The notes beneath the pieces are model-generated. The model had not been told where the DNA came from. It was given only the letters and a program-made list of their open reading frames with translations, and made no database searches. A stretch of 64,000 bases of DNA, from the IMG/VR virus record IMGVR_UViG_3300031951_000023; one strand, given 5' to 3'. Of the stretch, positions 27,018 through 35,307 are shown piece after piece. The DNA is from an uncultured virus (IMG/VR IMGVR_UViG_3300031951_000023) (lineage: Duplodnaviria; Heunggongvirae; Uroviricota; Caudoviricetes). Position 1 is the first letter of the stretch. Each line of letters begins with the position of its first letter. The position numbers were made by a program, and so were the translations under genes.

Positions 27018-30000
27018 ATGGCTTCTGTCCTAGACGGTGGAACTCCTGCGGGACCAAACAAGCCTGCAGGAGTTCTTGGCAATCTGGCCGCGCCTATTTT
27101 AAATAAACCTCAGGAAGAGATGCGGTCTTTTTCTGACATAGATAAGACTCGTAACTCCATATACGACGGTGTTTTAAACGCTACGAAAGAAATTCCTGTA
27201 TTTGAAAACAATAGGTATAAGCTAAAGCTAGTCAGCGCTAGCTATCTAGATAGCCCAGTTCCTTCCATAAAAGAACGAAAGAAAGCCATTCTTAGAAAAG
27301 AAAGCCTTGAAAGAAGGCTTCAGGGCATATGGCAGCTTCAGGACACGCAGGGAAACATCGTTGATGAAAAAGCCATAACCATGGCTCGTATTCCCAAGAT
27401 GACAAATGGCGGCACTTTCGTACTTAATGGTGTTGAATACACACTTGCCAACCAAGCCAGATTGCGCCCAGGGATATATACGAGAGAAAAGCAGAACGGT
27501 GAAATAGAATCTCACGTTAACGTACTTCCTGGTAAAGGTGTTTCTCACAGATATTCTCTAGATCCAGCTCGCGGCGTATTCAAAGTTTCCATGGGCCAAG
27601 CGTCCATGCCTCTGTTTCCCCTGCTCAAAGCCATGGGTGCAACAGACAAACAGCTTAGAGACTCTTGGGGAAACGAGCTGTACGAAGTAAACGCCAGGCA
27701 AAACGACCCGCAGGTTCTGGAAAAGCTAATCCAAAGAACTCTTAGGAAGGCTGATCAGGAAGGAGACAAGGAAAGCAAGTATCAAAAGCTTCGTAACTTC
27801 TTTGAGAACATGCATTTAGATGGTGTTGTAACGTCAAGAACACTAGGCAAACCGTATAAAAACTTGTCAGTAGATGCCATTATTGATGCCACAAAGAAGA
27901 TCGTGGCCATAAACAAGAGAGAAGCAGATCCAGACGACCGCGATGCCATGGCCTATCAGATGATCATGGGTCCTGAGGATCTGTTTTCTGAGAAGATGCG
28001 CTCAGCCTACAAGGTCATGAGGCCTTTACTGTGGAAAGCCACATTCAAAAATAATCTCAGTCCTCTGGGAACTAACTTCCTTGGCAAGCATTTGAATGCT
28101 GCAATTACAAGTTCTGGACTTGGACAGCCTTCTGAAGAAGTGAACAACGCTGAGATTCTTGGCCAGCTGACCAGAATGAGTCGTCTTGGCGAAGGCGGTA
28201 TTCCTTCTCTGGACGCTGTTCCAGACGAAGCCAGGTCGGTTCAGCCTTCTCACTTTGGTTATGTCGATCCTCTACTCACTCCTGAATCTCTAAAGGTAGG
28301 TGTTGATAGCCGTTTGGCTCAATCTTCCATGAAAGGTAAGGATGGAAAGGTCTATGCCAAGTTTCTTGACGTAAAGAATGGAAATAAACCTGTATGGAAA
28401 ACTCCTCAGGATATTGCTGACTCTGTAATAGCTTTCCCCAAAGAGCTTGAAAACAAGAATTCAAACGTAGTGGCTGCTTTGGTTAGCGGCAAAATCAAAT
28501 ATGTTCCAAAGAACCAGGTTGAATACGTTCTTCCACACATGGAAGACTCGTTCAATCCTCTGGTAAACATGATTCCTCTCAAATCCACCATCAAAGGCCA
28601 GCGCGTGATGATGGGCGCGAGAATGCTTACACAGGCTTTGCCTATTGCAAACGCCGAATCCCCGTTTGTTCAGTCAGGTGTTCCAGGTCCTGATGACGAG
28701 TCGTATGAGGAAAGATACGGCAAGTACATGGGCGCGGTACATTCCGACGTAGAAGGACAAGTTGTTAAGGTTACTCCAGAAGAGATTCACATAAAGGGAT
28801 CTGATGGCAAGGTGCATGTTAAAGAAATACATGACAACCTTCCTTACAACAGAAAGACTTATCTTCATAACACGCCTGTAGTTATGCCTGGAGACATGGT
28901 AAAGAAGAATACTCTTATTGCCAGGTCTAACTTTACAGACGCCAAAGGCGCTACGGCTTTGGGTCTGAACATGCGTACTGCCTACATTCCCTATAAAGGT
29001 CAGAACTTTGAAGACGCCATAGTTATATCTGAGGCAGCTGCCAAGCGTCTTTCCTCAGAACACATGTATCAAAACGACGTGGAGTTTGAGGATAACGCCA
29101 AATACGGAAAGAAAACTTTTATATCCATGTTCCCAGGCACTTACGACAAAGCCATCCTGGACAACATGGATGAGGACGGAGTAATCAAGAAGGGCTCAAT
29201 AGTAAATGCCGATACTCCTCTTATTCTTCAGGTTAAGCAGAAAGAGCTGGCGCACAATCAAATAACCAGAGGCAAGGCTCCTACTTTTTCAGACAGCACT
29301 GTAACTTGGGATCATCACGACAAAGGAGTGGTTACAGACGTAGAGAAAACCAGGAAAGGCGTAGTCGTAACAGTAAAGAGCTACTCCCAAATGCAGGTTG
29401 GCGACAAGCTTTCTGGAAGGTATGGAGACAAGGGAGTAATTTCTGAGATAGTTCCAGACAACCACATGCCTGTAGATAGCGACGGAAGACCTTTTGAGGT
29501 TCTGGTAAACCCCTTGGGCATTATTTCCAGAACAAATCCTGGTCAGATGGTAGAAGCGGTTCTGGGAAAAATAGCTGAAAAGCACGGTAAGAGATACGCC
29601 GTAAAAGACTTTTCTGACATAGAAGACATGATAGAGTTCGCCAAAAAAGAACTATCCAAGCACAACATGTCTGACAGGGAAGACATACTGGATCCAATAG
29701 ACAGCACAAAAATAAGGGACGTATTCACAGGAAATCGCTTCTTCATGAAGTTGCACCACATGGCTGAGAGCAAAGGCTCTGGTCGTGGTTTGGGTTCTTA
29801 CACCTCTGAGGAATCTCCAGCTAAAGGCGGTCCAATGGGAAGCAAGCGCGTAAGCCTTGCTGACAACAACGCCCTTCTTTCCCATGGAGCTTTGGATGTT
29901 CTTACCGATGCCGGAGCTATTAGAGGACAAAAAAATCAAGACTACTGGGCAGCATTCATGTCCGGTAGAACTCCTCCTGAGCCAAGAATTCCTCTCGTAT

Positions 30001-31454
30001 ACCATAAGTTCTTTGAACAACTCAGGTCTGCAGGCATAAACCCAATAAGAACTGGGCCAAGAATTCAGATCATGGCCTTGACCAACAAGGATATAGACCA
30101 ATTAGCTGCAGGAAGGGAAATAACTTCTCCTGAAACTGTGGACTGGAAGGAAGGCTTGAAGCCCATAAAGGGAGGATTGTTTGACGAATCAACAACAGGA
30201 GGACATGGAGGAAATAGATGGAGCTACATAAAGTTAGCTGAGCCTTTGCCCAATCCTGTCATGGAAGAGCCTATTCGCAGAATACTCGGCCTGACTCAAA
30301 ACAGGTTCAACGCCATACTTTCTGGAAAAGAGACGTTCAATGAAATGTCCGGTCCAGAGGCTATAAAGAAGTCTTTGGAAAGAATTGACATCAACGAGGC
30401 AACAAAGAGAGCAGAAACAGAATGGAGAAACTCGAAGAAGTCATCGAAAGATGCAGCTCTAAAGCGCTGGGCGATTCTGAAACACACCCAAAGGCTGAAG
30501 ATGCATCCAAAAGATTGGATGATGGACAAGATTCCAGTCCTTCCACCAATATTCCGCCCTGTGGCTGTTATGGGATCTGGCGACAGACCTTTGGTGGCTG
30601 ATCCTAATTACCTGTATAAGGAAGCTTTTGAAGCTAACCAGGCTTTGAAAGAAACCAGAAGAATATCCAACGAAGTTGGAGATGAGCGCTTAGCTCTATA
30701 TAGGTCATTCAAAGCAGTCACGGGACTTGGTGATCCAATAAGTCCCAAGAACCAAGAGCGCGGAGTCAAAGGCGTTCTCAAATACGTGTTTGGCGATAAT
30801 CCTAAGTTCTCTGTTATGCAGCGCAAGTTGCTAAGCACGACAGTAGACGTTGTTGGCAGAGGCGTTATCTCTCCAAACGCCAATCTGGATTTAGATCAAG
30901 TAGGCATTCCTATCAACAAAGCTTGGGAAATATATAAACCATTTATTGTAAGAAGACTGGCCAGACAAGGAGTTTCTCCGATTAGGGCAGCAGAACTTGT
31001 GCAGAACAAAGACAAGTTAGCTCTGACAGCTATGCAGCAAGAGATGAACGACAGGCCTGTGATTATCAACAGAGCTCCAGTTCTTCACAGGTATGGCGTT
31101 ATGGCCTTCAAGCCAATACTTGTAGACAACGAAACAATGCAGTTATGCCCAGCTGTGGTTACGGGATTTGGTGCCGACTTTGATGGCGACACCATGAACT
31201 ACCACGTTCCTGTGTCTGATGGAGCTGTCAAAGACGCTCTTGAAAAGATGTTGCCTAGCAAGAATTTGCTATCAACTAAAACGTTTAAAGTTCACCAGCT
31301 GCCAAAGAACGAGTATCAAGGCGGTCTTTATCAGGCAACGGCCTTCGTGTCTAATAAACCAGAACGGTATTTTGCCACAAAAGCCGACGCAATCAGGGCT
31401 TATAAGTCAGGAGAAATTGGGCCTGATCAGAAAGTGGTAATTCTAAACAGCTAG
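27018..31454 (+). CDS. rpoBC: Multisubunit RNA polymerase: beta fused to N-terminal half of beta' (contains the catalytic motif)
   Basis: Beta motifs GTFVLNG, SHFGYVDP..TPE, NFEDAIVISE, GDKLSGRYGDKGVIS, NPLGIISR.N.GQ, MKLHH; beta' motifs PVLPP.FRP, VDVVGRGVI, NRAPVLHR, GADFDGD. Confidence 0.95.
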   Translation: MASVLDGGTPAGPNKPAGVLGNLAAPILNKPQEEMRSFSDIDKTRNSIYDGVLNATKEIPVFENNRYKLKLVSASYLDSPVPSIKERKKAILRKESLERRLQGIWQLQDTQGNIVDEKAITMARIPKMTNGGTFVLNGVEYTLANQARLRPGIYTREKQNGEIESHVNVLPGKGVSHRYSLDPARGVFKVSMGQASMPLFPLLKAMGATDKQLRDSWGNELYEVNARQNDPQVLEKLIQRTLRKADQEGDKESKYQKLRNFFENMHLDGVVTSRTLGKPYKNLSVDAIIDATKKIVAINKREADPDDRDAMAYQMIMGPEDLFSEKMRSAYKVMRPLLWKATFKNNLSPLGTNFLGKHLNAAITSSGLGQPSEEVNNAEILGQLTRMSRLGEGGIPSLDAVPDEARSVQPSHFGYVDPLLTPESLKVGVDSRLAQSSMKGKDGKVYAKFLDVKNGNKPVWKTPQDIADSVIAFPKELENKNSNVVAALVSGKIKYVPKNQVEYVLPHMEDSFNPLVNMIPLKSTIKGQRVMMGARMLTQALPIANAESPFVQSGVPGPDDESYEERYGKYMGAVHSDVEGQVVKVTPEEIHIKGSDGKVHVKEIHDNLPYNRKTYLHNTPVVMPGDMVKKNTLIARSNFTDAKGATALGLNMRTAYIPYKGQNFEDAIVISEAAAKRLSSEHMYQNDVEFEDNAKYGKKTFISMFPGTYDKAILDNMDEDGVIKKGSIVNADTPLILQVKQKELAHNQITRGKAPTFSDSTVTWDHHDKGVVTDVEKTRKGVVVTVKSYSQMQVGDKLSGRYGDKGVISEIVPDNHMPVDSDGRPFEVLVNPLGIISRTNPGQMVEAVLGKIAEKHGKRYAVKDFSDIEDMIEFAKKELSKHNMSDREDILDPIDSTKIRDVFTGNRFFMKLHHMAESKGSGRGLGSYTSEESPAKGGPMGSKRVSLADNNALLSHGALDVLTDAGAIRGQKNQDYWAAFMSGRTPPEPRIPLVYHKFFEQLRSAGINPIRTGPRIQIMALTNKDIDQLAAGREITSPETVDWKEGLKPIKGGLFDESTTGGHGGNRWSYIKLAEPLPNPVMEEPIRRILGLTQNRFNAILSGKETFNEMSGPEAIKKSLERIDINEATKRAETEWRNSKKSSKDAALKRWAILKHTQRLKMHPKDWMMDKIPVLPPIFRPVAVMGSGDRPLVADPNYLYKEAFEANQALKETRRISNEVGDERLALYRSFKAVTGLGDPISPKNQERGVKGVLKYVFGDNPKFSVMQRKLLSTTVDVVGRGVISPNANLDLDQVGIPINKAWEIYKPFIVRRLARQGVSPIRAAELVQNKDKLALTAMQQEMNDRPVIINRAPVLHRYGVMAFKPILVDNETMQLCPAVVTGFGADFDGDTMNYHVPVSDGAVKDALEKMLPSKNLLSTKTFKVHQLPKNEYQGGLYQATAFVSNKPERYFATKADAIRAYKSGEIGPDQKVVILNS

Positions 31455-31498
31455 GGTGAAAACTAGGGTGAAAACTAGGGTGTAAACTAGGGTGAAGC
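31451..31498 (+). repeat. Tandem repeat, 4 x 12 bp (CTAGGGTGAAAA)
   Basis: Read directly; spans the RNAP stop and the next RBS. Confidence 0.9.
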
Positions 31499-31499
31499 C

Positions 31500-31970
31500 A
31501 TGCCTTTTAATTACAAAGCTATTTCAATGGTTAAAGAAGCTCTGGCAAAAAGGGCTGCTGAATCTGCGGCTACTTTAAAACCTACTGCCAGCAGTGCGAC
31601 TAAACCGCAAATTATTCCTCCAGGTTACGGAGGAGACGCTATAGGTCTTCCTACTTATCAAAAAGCGCCTGAGCCTGGCATAAAGTGGCTTTCTGAAACA
31701 GAAAGAAAACAAAAAATGTTGGAAGGCTCTAGAAATCTTCCAGAAACGCGACACGCAGCCAGTACAGAGGCGCTAAATAAACCCGTAAACCCGTATCAAT
31801 ACTCCATGCCTGGATCAGAAAACTATCGTCAAATTGTTCCATACCCTACTTATCAAACGTTACCGACAGAATTGTCAAAAACTCCATTCAACAATTTGCA
31901 TAGGCAAGCTTTTCTAAAAGGCGTAGGTTTGCCAAGTCTTGGCACAGGTAAAGTTAACTACGGGTATTAA
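31500..31970 (+). CDS. MxFNYKAI-leader low-complexity protein
   Basis: MPFNYKAISMVKEALAKRAA. Confidence 0.7.
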   Translation: MPFNYKAISMVKEALAKRAAESAATLKPTASSATKPQIIPPGYGGDAIGLPTYQKAPEPGIKWLSETERKQKMLEGSRNLPETRHAASTEALNKPVNPYQYSMPGSENYRQIVPYPTYQTLPTELSKTPFNNLHRQAFLKGVGLPSLGTGKVNYGY

Positions 31971-32085
31971 TGGTAAAAGCCAAGGTAAAAATTGTTAGTA
32001 AAAGGCTGATTGCTGTAAGCTATAAAGCAGTTTATACTTCTAGATACGTTTTACTTCCGTAGCCAACGCAGTTTTAAAGTTAGGA

Positions 32086-32597
32086 ATACTAAGATGGCTT
32101 TCAACTACAAGGCTATTGAACAAGTTAAAAAAGCTGCAGTTAAATTATCTGCAGATAAAAATGAAGCAGTAAAACTTAAATCTACTCTAGGAGCTCCAGG
32201 AGACGCCGGTCTTGCCGCTAGAAATTATCCAAATGACCAGGGTATGAGTAACTTTATTGATATTCAAAAAGACTTCGCTAAGAGACTTTTAGAAAAGCAA
32301 ATTAAAGCTTTGGAGTCTGGGAAAAAAGAAGACGCGGTGTCCATAGGTAAAGATAGAGCTCAAGTAGAGAACATGCTAACATCGCCTACTACCCTGGACA
32401 TGGCTCGCAGAGCCATGCACTACCAGCCAAGAGGAGTTTATTCGGTTCCAACTAGCAATTTCGCGCTGCCCATGCCAAAAAATATAGAAGATGAGTTGTA
32501 CGGATTACCTAAAGCTAGGTTATCTAAGTAATTTTTTAGTAGTTTTTAAAGCTCTAACCCTGAGGATACTAAGATGGCTTTCAACTACAAGGCTATT
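32086..32597 (+). repeat. 32-bp perfect direct repeat covering the start region and first 8 codons (32086-32117, 32566-32597)
   Basis: ATACTAAGATGGCTTTCAACTACAAGGCTATT occurs twice. Confidence 0.9.
32094..32531 (+). CDS. MxFNYKAI-leader protein
   Basis: MAFNYKAIEQVKKAAVKLSA. Confidence 0.7.
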   Translation: MAFNYKAIEQVKKAAVKLSADKNEAVKLKSTLGAPGDAGLAARNYPNDQGMSNFIDIQKDFAKRLLEKQIKALESGKKEDAVSIGKDRAQVENMLTSPTTLDMARRAMHYQPRGVYSVPTSNFALPMPKNIEDELYGLPKARLSK

Positions 32598-33332
32598 CAG
32601 CAGGTAAAAGAGGCAGCGGCTAAGTTAATTAAACAGGCCGCTCCTCCTGTTTTTCCTCCAGAAGGACCTAACCCTGCTAGCGTTAATGCGCCTAAGCCCG
32701 CTCCTACTTCTGTAGACAAGGCTATAGCTTCTTCTAGAGTGCCTCCTACTTCTGGTCCTACTTCTGCCGACTTGGCTATTCAAGCCAATCGTAGACAGCA
32801 GGCTCTAGGAAGAGGGCAGCTTGTAACAGGTCTAAAACCCGGAGCCAGCATGGCTGCTCCGGATTACGCTACGGCCAGAGCTCTAGACGACTTAACTAGG
32901 TCTGAGAATGTAAGAAACAGCATGAGAGATGCTGGAAGCTATCTGGCTAACGCGGCTTCTGGCGCAGCTAACTTTGGAAGGTCAGCAATAGATAACGCTG
33001 CGACCATAAAGAAGCACGTGGAACACGCTAGCTCCAGTCCTCTAGGCTACTTAGCTTCTTTGGGGCAGAATAGCGGTTCTCCCATGCTAGACCGAATGGG
33101 AACAGCTTTGATTGACCCAGAGGCTTTTCAAAATCCTGTGGGCGTGGCTGCAGGTGGCAGAAGTATAATGCCAAATGAATACGCCAACTATCAGCAAGGC
33201 AGGGCTGCGCAAGGGCAGAGAAACATAGCATCCTCTAGACCATCCTCTGTCTTCCCTCCAGTTCAAACTCCTTTTAGCACGTCTCCATCGAAGCTAAACG
33301 TAGACATGCCAGGCGTAGCTAGAAACAAATAA
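32574..33332 (+). CDS. MxFNYKAI-leader Pro/Ala-rich protein
   Basis: MAFNYKAIQQVKEAAAKLIKQAA. Confidence 0.7.
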   Translation: MAFNYKAIQQVKEAAAKLIKQAAPPVFPPEGPNPASVNAPKPAPTSVDKAIASSRVPPTSGPTSADLAIQANRRQQALGRGQLVTGLKPGASMAAPDYATARALDDLTRSENVRNSMRDAGSYLANAASGAANFGRSAIDNAATIKKHVEHASSSPLGYLASLGQNSGSPMLDRMGTALIDPEAFQNPVGVAAGGRSIMPNEYANYQQGRAAQGQRNIASSRPSSVFPPVQTPFSTSPSKLNVDMPGVARNK

Positions 33333-33355
33333 GTTTATAAGAACAAGGAGAAGCC

Positions 33356-34321
33356 GTGATTGACACATTTAAGTTGATTATGGTTAAGGCCGCTTTAGCC
33401 AAACACATGATTAAAGCGGCTCAAGACTCAGGAACTCCAGCCACTCCGGCAACTCCGTCAACGGCTCCTCTAACCGACGTGTCTGGTAACACCATAGCTG
33501 GCCATCTTAGAAATGCCCAATCCAGTGCTACCGCGCACAGGGCTAGGCAAGACGCAGAAGTGGCACATATGGCCAGGATGAACCAAGACGCCTTGGCTTC
33601 TTTGCAAAACCATCTGAGGAGTAGCAGCCTTCCAGCTCCTACTCCTCCAGTTACTCCATCTGCCCTTCCTGGGTCAGTATCTCCCACAGTTCCAGGAATG
33701 ACTCCAGCAGCGCCTAGCCCAGCTGTAAGTCCAGCTAGTCTTCCTGGAGCTATATCTGCTCCAACGCCCAGTAGGCCTGTAACCACTCCAAGCCGTCCTC
33801 CTTCGGCTGTAGCCCCTGCAGGCAATAGAGGCGTTCCAAACATGGTTCCTCCAACCATGAGCCCTCAGGAGATGGCTTCAGCAAACAACAAGGCTATGCT
33901 TAGCCAGAGCAGAAGAGCTCCTAGCTCAAATAAGAACTTGTCTCAGATGCTTACGGTCAATGCCGGAGGCACAACTCTTGAGCCTCAGCCCTTTCCTGAA
34001 GGCAGCTACGGGGCTTCTTTGAGCTATCACCCTCATAGGCAGATGTTTGAATCTTCTGCGCTTAAAAACTCTAAGATGCCTGACAAGTTTCAGGACAAAG
34101 ATAACGATTTTATGATTCCTAACTTCTATGCTGGCGTCAGCGCTCCTGATCCAAGGAATAGGACTTACGCTAACAGAGTTCCTATGGCTCCAGCTCGGCA
34201 AGTATTCAATCAAATGTACGGACGGCCTTTGTCTAGCGACGAATACAACTGGGCTATGAGTCATTTTCTTGATAAGTTTGAAAAAGGTCATTCTGGGCCG
34301 ATCGGCGCGGGAGCTAGATAA
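33356..34321 (+). CDS. KxA-leader Pro/Ser/Thr-rich protein
   Basis: MIDTFKLIMVKAALAKHMIKAA; AAGGAG RBS. Confidence 0.7.
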   Translation: MIDTFKLIMVKAALAKHMIKAAQDSGTPATPATPSTAPLTDVSGNTIAGHLRNAQSSATAHRARQDAEVAHMARMNQDALASLQNHLRSSSLPAPTPPVTPSALPGSVSPTVPGMTPAAPSPAVSPASLPGAISAPTPSRPVTTPSRPPSAVAPAGNRGVPNMVPPTMSPQEMASANNKAMLSQSRRAPSSNKNLSQMLTVNAGGTTLEPQPFPEGSYGASLSYHPHRQMFESSALKNSKMPDKFQDKDNDFMIPNFYAGVSAPDPRNRTYANRVPMAPARQVFNQMYGRPLSSDEYNWAMSHFLDKFEKGHSGPIGAGAR

Positions 34322-34340
34322 TTTAAATACGGAGCTATCA

Positions 34341-35072
34341 ATGCCTATCAATCCAATTTTGCTACAAGAAGTCAAAAGGGCTATGGCTCTGAAGAACGCT
34401 TTTGTTCCTCCTGGCGGTGGCGCTCCTCCTGGCGCTCCTCCCATGGACCAAGCCGCTGCCGGCGGAGCTCCTCCTATGGACCCAGCCATGATGGGAGCTG
34501 CTCCTCCAGGCGCTCCACCAATGGATCCTTCCATGATGGGCGGTGCTCCTCCTATGGATCCAGCAATGATGGCTGCCATGGGTGGCGGCGGAGCTCCTCC
34601 TATGGACCCAGCTATGATGGGCGGTGCTCCGCCTATGGATCCAGCGGCTATGGGCGGCGCTCCTCCAGCCCCTTCTCCTGATGACATAAAGAAAATGGTT
34701 ACTGATGCCGTGCAGGCAGCTCTCGGCGGAGCTTCTCCTGACGGGGCAGCAAAGCCAAAGGCAAAAGGCGGCGGCAAGGTAGATCCCGCGCAGATGCTTG
34801 AGTACATGGAAAGGCAACAAAAGTTGCTAATCAATCTGTACGAAAGCCTAGGCCTAAATCTTCCTTACGACATTCTCGATAAGCCCGCACCAGAAGGCGA
34901 AGACGCTCAAGAGCCGGTTGTTCCTTCAAAAGAACAAGGAAGCGATGCCAGCGTTGGCGGCATTCCTCCTATCAAGCCAATTGATCCAATCGGCGGAAAG
35001 AAGGAAGCAAGCTTGAAAGACAAAACCGAAGCTGTTCGCTGCTTGATCAACGCAATGGGATTCAAACGATAA
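34341..35072 (+). CDS. KxA-leader protein with GGAPPMDPAMM repeats
   Basis: GGAG RBS before the ATG at 34341; six PPMD repeats. Confidence 0.7.
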   Translation: MPINPILLQEVKRAMALKNAFVPPGGGAPPGAPPMDQAAAGGAPPMDPAMMGAAPPGAPPMDPSMMGGAPPMDPAMMAAMGGGGAPPMDPAMMGGAPPMDPAAMGGAPPAPSPDDIKKMVTDAVQAALGGASPDGAAKPKAKGGGKVDPAQMLEYMERQQKLLINLYESLGLNLPYDILDKPAPEGEDAQEPVVPSKEQGSDASVGGIPPIKPIDPIGGKKEASLKDKTEAVRCLINAMGFKR

Positions 35073-35082
35073 AGGGGAAGCT

Positions 35083-35307
35083 TTGAAGCTGGAATATCAC
35101 AACGGTTTTCAATCTTCAGGAGAAGCAGAAGCTACTAGGCTGGTCATTCGCGATAGCTTTGGCCAGCCTATTATCGTTGTTCTTGAGCTAGCTCCTGGGA
35201 CAATCACTTTGTACAAGGCCAAGAAAGGCGATAATGGTTTGTTTGATTCTATTCTCTCTAAACTTGGCATTAAATCAGACGTCGATGTCCAAGAGATCAA
35301 TATCTGA
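35083..35307 (+). CDS. Hypothetical protein
   Basis: AAGGGG RBS; TGATG coupling to the RNAP subunit. Confidence 0.6.
   Translation: MKLEYHNGFQSSGEAEATRLVIRDSFGQPIIVVLELAPGTITLYKAKKGDNGLFDSILSKLGIKSDVDVQEINI

Noticed and set aside
31451..31498. Mini-CRISPR or telomere-like repeat
   Set aside because: Head-to-tail 12-mers with no spacers, internal to an operon.
33421..34834. Long - strand ORFs (145, 302 and 152 aa)
   Set aside because: Antisense shadows of Pro/Gly/Ala-rich + strand genes; no RBS or independent motifs.
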